A stretch of DNA of 64,000 nt from Candidatus Bathyarchaeia archaeon. GTDB lineage: Archaea; Thermoproteota; Bathyarchaeia; Bathyarchaeales; Bathycorpusculaceae. The stretch spans positions 1-64,000 of the forward strand of contig JBEKXL010000001.1 of the NCBI GenBank assembly GCA_049512075.1, written 5' to 3'. The notes beneath the pieces were generated by a model that was not told the DNA's origin, did no database searches, and saw nothing but the letters and a program-made list of their open reading frames with translations. Shown piece by piece: positions 48,256 to 58,462 of the stretch. The position numbers and the translations under genes are program-made. The stretch's first letter is position 1, and every line of letters starts with the position of its first letter.

Positions 48256-49407
48256 TTAGAGGGAAACAAGTTTGTCTTGAGCTGCTGCCAACCCTGCTCC
48301 AAGGCTGAACTTGTAAGCAAGATGTGTTAACGCTTGTTCTATGGCTCCTATGGTTGAAAGTATATCGTTTTCGCTCACGTTTCCCATGTGACCGACTCTA
48401 AACCCTTTGCCCTTTATTGGCCCGATCGTGGCGGCGACTACTACTCCGTGCTTTCGCATTTCACTCCTGAATGCTGTATCCTCGACGTTCTCAGGGTAGA
48501 AAGCTGCTGTCAGAGTGTCTGCTGCACATTCCCTTTCTGCTACGAGTCTGACATTAAGAGCATCTAGTGCAGCTCGAAAAGCTTCGGCTATGATGTGATG
48601 CCTCATGAATCTCTGTTCCAGCCCTTCAGCAAGAATTGCTTTCAAAGATTCAGAGAGAGCATATGTCATGTTAACGGCCGGTGTGGCAAAATACTTAGAT
48701 GGGTCTCTCATCACAGGTAACCAGTTCTTGAGGTCGCCGTACCAAAATCCTACAGGGGTCTTTCTGTTTTCCAGAAGGTTGAGGACTCTGTCGTTTGTAG
48801 AAAGCAGGGCCAAGCCTGGCGGAACCCCTATGCATTTTTGAGAACCGCTGACGCAAGCGTCTATATTCCAGTCGTCAACTCGGACCTCAATTCCGCCTAA
48901 GGAGCAAACCGTGTCAACAATGTAGAAGGCGTCGCTGTTTTTCTTCACAATCTGGCCAATTTCCTTAATCGAATTAATTACTCCTGTAGAAGTATCCACA
49001 TGCGTAACTGTGACCGCTTTGTAATCATCTTCCTCTAGAGCTTCTTTGACTTGGTTCGGTTTCACACATTTACCCCACGGCGCCTCCAGAACCTTGGTTG
49101 CAGCTCCATGAGCTTTTGACATTCTTGCAAAGTAGTCTCCAAAATACCCTACCACGATGTTCAGGATTTTGTCTCCAGGCTCTACGATGTTTGCAATGCC
49201 AATTTCTAATGCCAAGGTTCCTGATCCGGCAATGACGAAAACTTCGTGTTTGGTCATGAACACCTTTTTCAAGTTCTCGAGTGCTTCTTTGAAGGTTTCA
49301 ACAAACTGTGGATCCGTGTGCGCGAGGGTTGGCTTGCTTAACGCGCGCAGAACCAGGGGATCCACATTTGTCGGACCTGGAATCATGAGAAGTTTTCTTT
49401 CACTCAT
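48256..49407 (-). CDS. Class V aminotransferase (alanine-glyoxylate/serine-pyruvate)
   Basis: LMIPGPT, HVDTSTG, VDTVCSLGG, GSQKC and FRVGHMG motifs. Confidence 0.92.
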   Translation of the reverse strand: MSERKLLMIPGPTNVDPLVLRALSKPTLAHTDPQFVETFKEALENLKKVFMTKHEVFVIAGSGTLALEIGIANIVEPGDKILNIVVGYFGDYFARMSKAHGAATKVLEAPWGKCVKPNQVKEALEEDDYKAVTVTHVDTSTGVINSIKEIGQIVKKNSDAFYIVDTVCSLGGIEVRVDDWNIDACVSGSQKCIGVPPGLALLSTNDRVLNLLENRKTPVGFWYGDLKNWLPVMRDPSKYFATPAVNMTYALSESLKAILAEGLEQRFMRHHIIAEAFRAALDALNVRLVAERECAADTLTAAFYPENVEDTAFRSEMRKHGVVVAATIGPIKGKGFRVGHMGNVSENDILSTIGAIEQALTHLAYKFSLGAGLAAAQDKLVSL

Positions 49408-49615
49408 GAATATTCACAGCCCAGTTACCATATGGACAGAAATATCCTTTTATCTTCTTAATAATGATTATGTAGTTAGCTGAGTTGGTGTGCTGACACA
49501 CGCTACCTCCGGTCCACGATATGATCCAAAAAATAGGATTCGCCAAAATGTGCGATCTCTCTCAAATCGCCATGATAGTTCTGTGGTGACTGTTGACCCG
49601 GCAATTCGAAAATGG

Positions 49616-50716
49616 CTAGACGACTACTAGCTCTTTCGATATGTGACTCAGCATTCTTCGGTTAGTTTGTGAAACAGCTATGTTGTCTTCGATCCTGACC
49701 CCGAATTTACCGAAGAAGTATATTCCGGGCTCGATAGTGAACGCCATGCCAGGCTTCAGTATCATTTCGTTGCCTTGAGCGATATATGGCTCTTCATGCA
49801 CTTCCAAGCCTAAGCCGTGACCTGTTCGATGAGTAAAGTAGTCGCTGTACCCAGCATTCTCTATGACGTTTCTGGCGGCAGCGTCAACTTCTTCAGCTTT
49901 GACACCTGGCTTCACACTTCTTACGGCTGCTTCATGAGCCTCAGCCACAAGGTCGTAGATTTCTCTTTCCTTTTTTGTCACTTCTCCAACGAAGACTGTT
50001 CGGGTTAGGTCACCATAATACCCTTCACAGACTGCGCCCACATCCATCAGCACCACATCCTTTTCACCTACCATCCTGTTTGATGTTTCTCCGTGAGGAA
50101 GAGCTGAATTTTCCCCTGATAGGACCAGACAGAAAGGAATGCTTTCGCCGCCACTTTCTTTTATCACCTGCTCTATTCGGCAGGAAATCGCCAATTCCGT
50201 GACTCCAGGTTTTATGAACTCTATCCCCGCCTTTATCCCCTCAGCAACGACACCTGCAGCTTGTTCTATTAGCCCCAGTTCTTGGTCAGATTTCACGCAC
50301 CTGAGCTGACTGAAGAGGGCCGAAGCGTCTTCTGCCCTTATTTTTGACGATGCGGCAGCCAGCATTCTGTAGAATCTGAACGGCAGAGTGCCTTCAACCC
50401 CGAAAGCAGCTTTCTCCAGTTTTAGCTCTTTTACTGCCTTGTTAAGCAGAAGGGCCGGACTCTCTGAATCGGAATAGGTCGTGATTTCTTTGAACGCGGA
50501 CTTTTCTTTTGCCTTTGTCTTCTCGAGCTCTGGGACTATCACTATCGGAACACCCGTTTCTACTGGAACGACTATTCCCGCGAACCTTTCTATCGCTAGG
50601 GTTGAAAAGCCTGCTAGATATCGCATGTTCTTTTCGGAGACAATAAGAAAAGCATCGATTCCAGCCTTCCTGCCGTTCCTCTTTAACGCTTCTATTCTTT
50701 CCTCGAACACTGTCAT
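49616..50716 (-). CDS. Xaa-Pro peptidase (M24B)
   Basis: LPH, DVG..YYGDLTRT, HRTGHGLGLEVHE, TIEPGIY and GVRIED motifs. Confidence 0.93.
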   Translation of the reverse strand: MTVFEERIEALKRNGRKAGIDAFLIVSEKNMRYLAGFSTLAIERFAGIVVPVETGVPIVIVPELEKTKAKEKSAFKEITTYSDSESPALLLNKAVKELKLEKAAFGVEGTLPFRFYRMLAAASSKIRAEDASALFSQLRCVKSDQELGLIEQAAGVVAEGIKAGIEFIKPGVTELAISCRIEQVIKESGGESIPFCLVLSGENSALPHGETSNRMVGEKDVVLMDVGAVCEGYYGDLTRTVFVGEVTKKEREIYDLVAEAHEAAVRSVKPGVKAEEVDAAARNVIENAGYSDYFTHRTGHGLGLEVHEEPYIAQGNEMILKPGMAFTIEPGIYFFGKFGVRIEDNIAVSQTNRRMLSHISKELVVV

Positions 50717-50846
50717 AATTCTCAGCCTGATTACTTCTACGTAGTCTAATAACTTCGTCAGGAATATATTAGTGCGCTGCAAGTTGATGACAAAACATCA
50801 ACTATAAATAAGGTTTGGAAACAACGGAAGCTTTGGAGATCGCAGG

Positions 50847-51446
50847 TTGAAGACGATAAGAAACGAGAATGTGTGGATACGATTAGGCAGCATGTGGATC
50901 GTGGGCTTTGCGATTCTGCTTTTGACCTGGATCTTCAGCTACAGAGCCCTTCCGGAAGGGGTTGTCAGCGGAAGTTCAGGCGTCTACTATGCCCCAATAA
51001 AGGCCGAGGATGTCACAGTGACTTTCCTCCGAATCTTTCTATGGAACCTCTGCGTGGGCTGCATCCCCGTAGCGATAGGCAACTTCGTTCGCGTGAAGGG
51101 CATTCCCTTGGGATACCTACTGGCCTTTTATCACTGGGGGATGTACGGTGTTCTGCTTGGAACCAACTCGTTTGTGATTCCGGGTCCAAGCAAATTTCTC
51201 CCCTCGCTCACAACACTATTCTATGGAAGCGGAATCTACGAGATTTCGTCTTACACTATACTTTCCTCAGCGACCTTCAGCCTCTACAGCCAGTATGGAG
51301 ATTCTGGGGGCGATTGGGATTCGACCAGAAAACACAAGTGGAGTATCCTCAGATTGTCAAAAACCGAGTATGCCGCCATGGCGTTTGCTATTCTGATATT
51401 GGCGGTTTCCAACTACTATGAAGCTTGGTATATTTTCCACATATAG
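50847..51446 (+). CDS. Multi-pass membrane protein (SpoIIM-like)
   Basis: IFLWN..GVLLGTNS..GIYEISSY..YYEA with hydrophobic helices. Confidence 0.65.
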   Translation: MKTIRNENVWIRLGSMWIVGFAILLLTWIFSYRALPEGVVSGSSGVYYAPIKAEDVTVTFLRIFLWNLCVGCIPVAIGNFVRVKGIPLGYLLAFYHWGMYGVLLGTNSFVIPGPSKFLPSLTTLFYGSGIYEISSYTILSSATFSLYSQYGDSGGDWDSTRKHKWSILRLSKTEYAAMAFAILILAVSNYYEAWYIFHI

Positions 51447-51470
51447 AAAGAAATGCGACAGTGAGGATCT

Positions 51471-52598
51471 CTATCTTTTCTTAGTCTCCCCCACAATATC
51501 TTCGATTGGCCTGTAACCTATGTCAAAACCAAAGTGTCTCGGGGAGAACAACTCTATTCCTTTTTTGGTCCTCCATATCATGTAGGCTCTTCTTCCAAAA
51601 ACCACAACTTCTCTATTCTTCCCGAATTCCTGACCCCAAACGGACAGTCCTTCACCCGTTTTTGCGTCGACAACGCAGATAGTGTCTGGACAGGTGACGT
51701 ATGGCCTTTCGTTCAGCCATGTAATCATGTACTCGTTCTTGAACCAAATCGTGAGTACTTCTTTTCGAAAACCTTCATTGCCTGAAATACTAATGTTGCC
51801 CCACATGAAACCTGCTTCTTCTTTTCTCTCGAAAGAGTTCACATTGCCACGGAACAGCAGGTATCCATCACAAGTCTTGATCAAAGCCTGCACGGGATCT
51901 TCTCCGCGTTCCCTAGCTTGTCTGACACTTCTTCCCACTCCTATGGTCGCAGAAATCGAATTAGGAACAACCGCATCCCTGACGTCCCTTCCAGTTGTAG
52001 CGCATCTCGCGACTCCGCACTTTCCACCAGACGCAACTGCCATGTATCTGCAGATGTCTTCAGCCCTAGCGTCATCGACAACATTCTCGACAATCATCGT
52101 TTCTCCGAATGGAGTGACAATCGCCAAAGGAAAAGCATTAAGGCCTACCACATTCGTGGTGGACAGAGAAATCTCAGGTTTGGCTCTTCCTCCCCCTGCA
52201 TTACAGTCGACACAGCAGGTGTCCATCATTGCAGCAATGTACGTCGGTATCGCAGTGTTGAAAGGCCCAATTTCACTGGGGAAGAAAGCGTAGGGTTCTT
52301 TTCCAAGATATTCAGCGAGCGCTTTTTCAGCTGCAAATTCAGGTTTCTTCTCAATTCTTGGCAAATTGCTAACTTTTTTTCTAGCTTCTCCGGAAACACC
52401 GCCTCCGACAATTCCGACTATCATCACGATTTCATCGTCTGGAATCTCTTCAATATCCATAAGCCTAAATTATTTCTTCTCTGCGTAAACCTCTTCTATC
52501 AAAGGCCTAGCTGATTCTATCTCTCCACCTCCGCCAACACCCAAGATCTTGGCCCCCACCAACAGGTCCTCAATATCCAGTCTGGGGAGGGTTTTCAA
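51471..52598 (-). pseudogene. DUF917 (S-methyl thiohydantoin desulfurase-like) gene with in-frame stop
   Basis: TTG 52598 gives MKTLPRLDIEDLLVGAKILGVGGGG..KK*FRLMD (TAA at 52470-52472); SEIGPFN, GRAKPE, FKNEY and TCPD motifs downstream. Confidence 0.85.
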
Positions 52599-52834
52599 AA
52601 GATTTTATCTCCAGAGGCAACGAATATTGGAAAGATTGGAAAAGTTGATTTAAAAGTTTTGCGCGAGTCAGCGCACGCGCCGACTTATCGTGAATCTCTC
52701 GCGCCACAAACTATTGATAATGGCCCGGAGATTAGCACCCTCCAAAGCCTTTGCTGCCTATTTGGTCTACTTTTTGTCTGAAATGGCGCCTGCGATGTGA
52801 CTAAGGTAAAACATGAGACCGACCATGAGTCTTA

Positions 52835-53107
52835 ATGAGGGCATACATTTGGCCCACGATTGAAGTCACAGTGAAGGATGTTAAGGGAAGGTGTGCGTTC
52901 GCATACAAAGTGGGCGACAAAATAACCTTTGATGGTAGAACGGTGAAAGGCGATATGTGCTATAGTGTTTTGACAGTTTACTTCCAAGCTATTTGCAATG
53001 CTTTATGGGGCAAAGTCTCCATGGACTCAAAACAAGGATATAGTGCCCAATTCTTTCCCGATGCTCAGAATCCAGCGGTACTAGAAATCCGGCGAATTAG
53101 AAAATAA
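52835..53107 (+). pseudogene. Degenerate TIGR04076-like small Cys protein
   Basis: VKGRC..KVGD..CY and PDAQNP..EIRR are in frame, but the family-like middle (KLFAMLYGAKSPW) lies in another frame, implying compensating frameshifts. Confidence 0.6.
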
Positions 53108-53228
53108 CGGCGCGCGCATGGTGGAAGCAAGTTCTCTCTTCTTTCTAATGAGATACACTTCATCCAAAGCAATCCGCGCGGCTGAAGATTTATTAGACTA
53201 GGAATGCAGAACAGCAACGAGTGAAATC

Positions 53229-54152
53229 ATGTTTGACGAGCGAATTTTCAAGAGAGTTCTACTTGCTGTGGATGGTTCACTTCCGTCTATCACCGCTGAA
53301 GAACTAACAGTCTTTATGGCCAAGAAACTTGATTCACATGTGACAGTTCTCAACGTGATATCTCATGAATTCATGGACTCGCGGCTTGGCAGTTACATTC
53401 CAATCTTGTACAAGGATACTCCCTTGGGTACTGGAGGTCGTCCTGAAGAGCGTGTTTCTGAACTGCCGGCTTCAGGCACCGGTGAAGCTCTTTCAAAGGA
53501 AATCACAGCGTCATATCTAGGACGCAGCACAGAAATAGTTGAAGAAGCTGCAGCACTTTTTGAAGAGCAAGGCATACGAGTAGATCGGAAGATTCTAGAG
53601 CATGCTGATCCAGCCGAAATTATCACAAGAGAGGCTGAAAAGGGAAACCACGACTTGATAGTTGTTGGGTACAGCGGACAGGATGATAAGGAACCGCATC
53701 TGGGAAGCATTGCCAAGAAAACTGCCCTGTACGCTAAAACTTCCGTTCTTGTTGCAAGAGAGAAAAGTCAAATATCGAAAATGATGGTTCCAGTGGACGG
53801 CTCTGAGCATTCAAAAAAAGTGGTCCGATACGCTGCAGTTCTGGCCTCCAAATTGGGGGCTAATGTTTTACTTCTTAATGTTCAAGAACCTGATTTACCT
53901 CCCAAAATCATGAAGGAAATGGGGATACGAATACTATCCGAGGCAGTGGGCCAATTTAGAGGGACGAAGCTAGATCAGAAGCTGGTATCGGGCGATCCTG
54001 CCAAAACAATTATTCAAACGGCAAGGGAGGAGGACTGCGACCTGATACTCCTGGGACACAAAGGGCATTCCGCGGTCATCCGATTTCTACTGGGCAGCGT
54101 GAGCGACCACGTAGTCCAATACGCAGACCGCTCAGTACTCCTGATAAGATGA
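53229..54152 (+). CDS. Tandem universal stress protein
   Basis: Two USP domains: LAVDGS..DLIVVG..LGS and VPVDGS..GDPA..LLGSVS. Confidence 0.93.
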   Translation: MFDERIFKRVLLAVDGSLPSITAEELTVFMAKKLDSHVTVLNVISHEFMDSRLGSYIPILYKDTPLGTGGRPEERVSELPASGTGEALSKEITASYLGRSTEIVEEAAALFEEQGIRVDRKILEHADPAEIITREAEKGNHDLIVVGYSGQDDKEPHLGSIAKKTALYAKTSVLVAREKSQISKMMVPVDGSEHSKKVVRYAAVLASKLGANVLLLNVQEPDLPPKIMKEMGIRILSEAVGQFRGTKLDQKLVSGDPAKTIIQTAREEDCDLILLGHKGHSAVIRFLLGSVSDHVVQYADRSVLLIR

Positions 54153-54339
54153 AATGTCGTCATCTCGTAATACTTTGGAAGAGTTTGTTGCGCACTCGGG
54201 CAAATCTTCTAGGCGTTGTTGGATAACATTGCGTTACTCGAGCTCTGGCATCTAAAAAGTGGCGTGTTTTGGCAGTCTATTTGTTTTCCAAAAGCAATAA
54301 ATAACATGTGGAATCTGAGATTGAATGAATGTGGTACAT

Positions 54340-54789
54340 ATGTCTAAACCTGAGAAGAACGTGGCCATCATAATCTGTGATCGCTACCACACTTGTGCTG
54401 GCGGAAAATGTTTCAGAGCCTTGAGGAATAGAGAAGGGGCTTTCAGTTTATACAAGGATGAAGATGTGAAGTTAGTAGGTTACACTACTTGCGGAGGATG
54501 CCCAGGTGGAAATGTCGAGTACTGTGTCGAGGAGATGAAGAAAAACGGTGCTGACGTGGTACATTTTGCAACTGGCATGGTCGTCGGCTACCCGCCCTGT
54601 CCCTATATTGACAGTCTTCAAAAATTCGTTAAGGAAAAATACAACATAGATGTTATTGTCGGTACACATCCGATTCCACAGAAGTATTACTTAACCCATC
54701 AGGCTTTAGGAACTTGGGATTCGCCTGAATGGAAAGATAAGATCAAGCTCATATTGACAGATGAGCAAACGAGATTAAAATACAATTGA
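54340..54789 (+). CDS. CGGC domain metal-binding protein
   Basis: IIC..CAGGKC..TCGGCPG..HFATG..PPCP..GTH. Confidence 0.88.
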   Translation: MSKPEKNVAIIICDRYHTCAGGKCFRALRNREGAFSLYKDEDVKLVGYTTCGGCPGGNVEYCVEEMKKNGADVVHFATGMVVGYPPCPYIDSLQKFVKEKYNIDVIVGTHPIPQKYYLTHQALGTWDSPEWKDKIKLILTDEQTRLKYN

Positions 54790-54889
54790 TTCGAATTTCC
54801 TTCGTTTTCTTGTAGGATACACTGTATTTAGCATACGGTTTATGGCAAGATTTTTATTGATATAGATGTACTTTCGAAGAGGTGAAAAA

Positions 54890-55930
54890 ATGTCTTGGTA
54901 CATGGAATTAGGAAAAGCTGCAGATACCTTGGTGAACTATGTTCTAAGAGTGAAAAAGAATGAGGATGTTCTAATCTATGGAGACGATATCGTTGATTTC
55001 GAAGTGTTGAAAGCGACAGCAGCTGCTGCGAAAACCGCTGGAGCAACGCCTACCATAGTTATTCACGAGACGCGTGAAATTTCCTTCACTGAACCACCCA
55101 AACCTCTCGCCGCAGCAATGATGGATTCAGATGTCACAGTGGAATTCTCAGCCAGAGCTATACTCTACACAACAGGTCAGACAAACGCCTTAAAGAGAAA
55201 CAGGGCTTACATTTGTCTAACATCTCTTGACCGTGAAGCGATGGTCAGAACCTTAGGCTGGGTAAACTATCCGAAAATGATTGAGCTAGGAGACAAACTC
55301 GCAGAAATGACAACCAAAGCTAAAGAGATTAAGGTAACCAGCCCATCTGGAACGAACTTTACTGCCCAGATTGGCGGACGGAAGTTTGAGAACTTCGGTA
55401 GCACGGCAGACAAAAGGAAGGTCATAATGCTAGGCGGTCAGACTGGTGGTGCTCCGATTGAGGAGACGGAAAATGGTGTCCTTGCTTTTGACGGAAACGT
55501 TTGGCCTCCAGACGAGATCAAAGCAAACATAAGAACCCCCATAAAATGCAAAGTTGAAAAAGGCGTCATCACAGAAATTTCCGGCGGCGTAGAGGCTGAC
55601 ATACTCCGAAGATACATGGCTAGCCTTAAGGACAAGAATCTCTACAGAATCGCACATGTCTGCTATGGATATCATCCTAAAGCAAGAGTAACCGGCGACA
55701 TATCAGAGGTTGAAAGGGTTTGGGGCTGCTTCCAAGTCGGATGGGGCTCGCAAGGGCCGCTTCTGAGACCAGACCTCAAGGGCGCTTTCGGATGGAGAGC
55801 TGCATCTCACGATGATGGCATCATTCTGAAAGCATCGATATACCTTGACGGTGAACCAGTGCAGAAAGATGGAAAATTCGTCCATCCAGACTTGTTGCCT
55901 ATCATAAAAGAGATGGGTGTTGAACAATAG
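54890..55930 (+). CDS. M29-fold metalloprotein, NicX-like ligand set
   Basis: SPSGT, GGQ, NGVLAFDG, IAHVCYG, EVERVWG and SHDDG motifs. Confidence 0.75.
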   Translation: MSWYMELGKAADTLVNYVLRVKKNEDVLIYGDDIVDFEVLKATAAAAKTAGATPTIVIHETREISFTEPPKPLAAAMMDSDVTVEFSARAILYTTGQTNALKRNRAYICLTSLDREAMVRTLGWVNYPKMIELGDKLAEMTTKAKEIKVTSPSGTNFTAQIGGRKFENFGSTADKRKVIMLGGQTGGAPIEETENGVLAFDGNVWPPDEIKANIRTPIKCKVEKGVITEISGGVEADILRRYMASLKDKNLYRIAHVCYGYHPKARVTGDISEVERVWGCFQVGWGSQGPLLRPDLKGAFGWRAASHDDGIILKASIYLDGEPVQKDGKFVHPDLLPIIKEMGVEQ

Positions 55931-56204
55931 GAGCGCAAATCCTTTTTTCTTCTGCCTTTTTTTGTTTTATGAGCTCAACTCCCAGATGAGCAGATGGCAG
56001 ACATCTCCTTATTGCTGTCTGACGGAGAGCCAGGCATAGCATTTGTTCAATTAGGTTCCCATCAGCTGTAGATACCGAGAAGCAAGCGAACATGGCATAA
56101 TAGAAAGCAGAGATATGTTGAACATTAACAATTGGACTTGCATGTTTTTAATATGAAGAAATCATTCCTGAGAGTTGGAAAAAGGCAGCAAAAAAAGAAA
56201 GGGG

Positions 56205-56330
56205 CTATCGTACTACTCCCATTTCCTTGACAATCTTAGCTAGCTGCGGGTGGACGTATTTCCCGTCCTTTTCTATGATTTCGCCATCTAAGTATACTGT
56301 TGGGTTCAGCATTTTGCCGTCACAGTAAGC
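56205..56330 (-). pseudogene. C-terminal 41 codons of another M29/NicX-like paralog
   Basis: AYCDGKMLNPTVYLDGEIIEKDGKYVHPQLAKIVKEMGVVR*, with its own T-rich terminator-like tract; begins directly after CGCGCGCGC at 56331-56339. Confidence 0.85.
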
Positions 56331-56448
56331 CGCGCGCGCAGATGCGACAGTCCCGTGTATAGGTCGGGAGATTTAGCTTTGCTACGGAGACATTTTCTAA
56401 AAATCTCCAAAGTCGGAAATTTAAAAAGGAGGAAAAATGGGTTTTTAT

Positions 56449-57489
56449 CTACGCTAAGAGTTTTCCGTCTTTCATCACTGGTTTTCCGTCGAGTGTCCAT
56501 GTTGGTTTTGGAATGACGAAGTCTTGATGCAGGTCTGTCGATACTTTTCCACCCATGTGGAAGTTGTCTCCTATTGCTAAGTGGACTGTTCCCCTTATCT
56601 TCTCACATTCAAGAAGATTGTCTGGCCGCTTCGCGTTTGGGTTTGTTCCTATCCCCAGCTCAGCGAGGTTTCTCCTCGAAAGGTATGGCTCTTCTTTTTT
56701 GCTGAAATCTAGCAATGCTCGGAATTCGTCGCCGATCTTTCCTCCGCCGATTATTTCAGTGACGTTTCCATTCTTGAAGACTAGCGTCATTTTCTCTTTC
56801 AGGTCTGCACACATATTTGGCTCCACTACAAGTTTGCCGTTGGCGGTTCCTTCTACGGGTGTGGTGTAGGCTTCTCCAGCTGGGAGGTTGCCCCAAGAGC
56901 CCTTCTCAGTGAAGATTCCCCCGTCCACCATGCCTTTTCTGTCTTTCACGCTGAAGCTGATGTCTGTGCCTCCGGGGGATGTGACTTTGACATCATTGGC
57001 CTTCGTTATCCACTCTGCGATCTTGCTTGTCTCCTTTTCTATCACTCGATAGTCAGCAGCCATCGGTCCGCCCTTGGAGAACATTTCGGCCAAAAAGTTC
57101 GGCATGCTTACAACTCTTCTGCCGGCCTTGCATGCGTTGAGGCGCGCATCTGTGTGGGTAAGTGAGTAAGTGGTTATTGCAATGGTAACGTCTGCGCTCT
57201 TCATTTTCTCTTCAACTTCCTTTCCAGGATAGGTTCCGTGTTTGCCAACTGATGGGTACGTGAAGAACTCGACAGTGTTTTTGGGGAATTTTTCGGCTGC
57301 AATTTCGCTTACCAGCTTGGCCAGTATTGACCTTTCCACTGCTTCCGTCAGTTTTTCGCTAGTCTTGGTTTTCCACTCATCGGCTGTTGGTACGTCTGTG
57401 ACAACAAGCACTTTCTCGCCGTCTTTTAGACCCATGTTAACTTTTAACATATTGATGACGCCATTGACGATTTTTTCCTTGTCAATCAT
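56449..57489 (-). CDS. M29 (AmpT-like) metallo-aminopeptidase
   Basis: NLPAGEAY, LAELGIGTN, LECEK, VHLAIG and HQD: canonical ligand set. Confidence 0.88.
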   Translation of the reverse strand: MIDKEKIVNGVINMLKVNMGLKDGEKVLVVTDVPTADEWKTKTSEKLTEAVERSILAKLVSEIAAEKFPKNTVEFFTYPSVGKHGTYPGKEVEEKMKSADVTIAITTYSLTHTDARLNACKAGRRVVSMPNFLAEMFSKGGPMAADYRVIEKETSKIAEWITKANDVKVTSPGGTDISFSVKDRKGMVDGGIFTEKGSWGNLPAGEAYTTPVEGTANGKLVVEPNMCADLKEKMTLVFKNGNVTEIIGGGKIGDEFRALLDFSKKEEPYLSRRNLAELGIGTNPNAKRPDNLLECEKIRGTVHLAIGDNFHMGGKVSTDLHQDFVIPKPTWTLDGKPVMKDGKLLA

Positions 57490-57603
57490 ACAGGTCACCG
57501 CAGTTTGGATTGTTTGAACGTTCGTAACTAGCTGTGTTCAAAAAGCTTATAAGATTTCTGTTTTGTCGTTCTAGGCAGTGGAAAGCTTTAGAAGGGTTCA
57601 ATC

Positions 57604-58104
57604 GTGAAGGACGAGTCTTTAATTGAGGCTATCAAGGGACGGAGGAGCGTGCGGAGGTACAAGAAGGAACCTTTTCCGATGGGGATACTTGCCTCGTTTG
57701 TGGAGGCAGCCCGCTGGGCTCCTTCAGCAGGAAATTCCCAGCCTTGGGAGTTTTTGTTGATAAACGATGAGCGCATGGTGAGGGCCTTAAAATCAGTGTC
57801 TCCCGGGTGGCTGAGAGATGCTCCCGCATTGATAGTGATGTGTATCAACAAAGAAAGGGAGACAAATTGGAGTTACGTGGACGTCGGAGCGGCGATGCAG
57901 AACATGCTCTTGTATGCCCATTCAATGGGTTACGGATGCTGCCCGATCGGCAGTTTCGTGGTTGATGCCGTCAAGGGACTCTTGGAATTGTCGCCTGAGC
58001 TTGAGCCCGTGTTGTTAGTGACCGTCGGCTATCCCGACGAGGAGCCGCCGGCCATAACTCGCTTGTCATTGGAGGAGCTTGTTTTCAAGAGGGTTGGAAA
58101 TTGA
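57604..58104 (+). CDS. Nitroreductase-family FMN protein
   Basis: RRSVRRY, APSAGNSQPW, QNMLL and GYP motifs. Confidence 0.92.
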   Translation: MKDESLIEAIKGRRSVRRYKKEPFPMGILASFVEAARWAPSAGNSQPWEFLLINDERMVRALKSVSPGWLRDAPALIVMCINKERETNWSYVDVGAAMQNMLLYAHSMGYGCCPIGSFVVDAVKGLLELSPELEPVLLVTVGYPDEEPPAITRLSLEELVFKRVGN

Positions 58105-58406
58105 TGGAAAAAAAGGCAGGTGATTATCTTTTTGAGATAACTTGCTTTGTGATTTCCAGTGCCGAGAGAGTTCTTGGACCCGAGCGTGGATATGGAGCCT
58201 GTCGTCTTGTGCAGGCGCTTTACATGCTCTCTTTCCTCCCAGAATGCGCTAACTTGAGTGGAAACGAGTTGTTGATGAAAGTCAGAGCCTACGTGGACGC
58301 GGATCCTCAGAATTTCTGGCGTGAACCGCAGCTCAAACAGTTTCTCGGCGAGCTTAGCCGACAACTTGCGAAAGAGATAAAGAAAAGACAAAACCTTGAA
58401 AGATAG
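58101..58406 (+). CDS. Small helical protein (DUF6092-like)
   Basis: LFEITCFVISSA..YGACRL; start overlaps nitroreductase stop. Confidence 0.6.
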   Translation: MMEKKAGDYLFEITCFVISSAERVLGPERGYGACRLVQALYMLSFLPECANLSGNELLMKVRAYVDADPQNFWREPQLKQFLGELSRQLAKEIKKRQNLER

Positions 58407-58462
58407 TGGCAAGGTCAAATTTTAAATACTTCTCATATATCAGAAACGCGTTGTGAATCGAT

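Noticed and set aside
49342-49348. CGCGCGC inside the class V aminotransferase
   Set aside because: A 7-mer explained by Leu-Arg-Ala codons in an intact gene; not counted among the scar tracts.
52470-52472. Stop-codon recoding (Sec/Pyl) in DUF917
   Set aside because: The codon is TAA at a non-catalytic-looking position; a nonsense mutation or base-call error is simpler.
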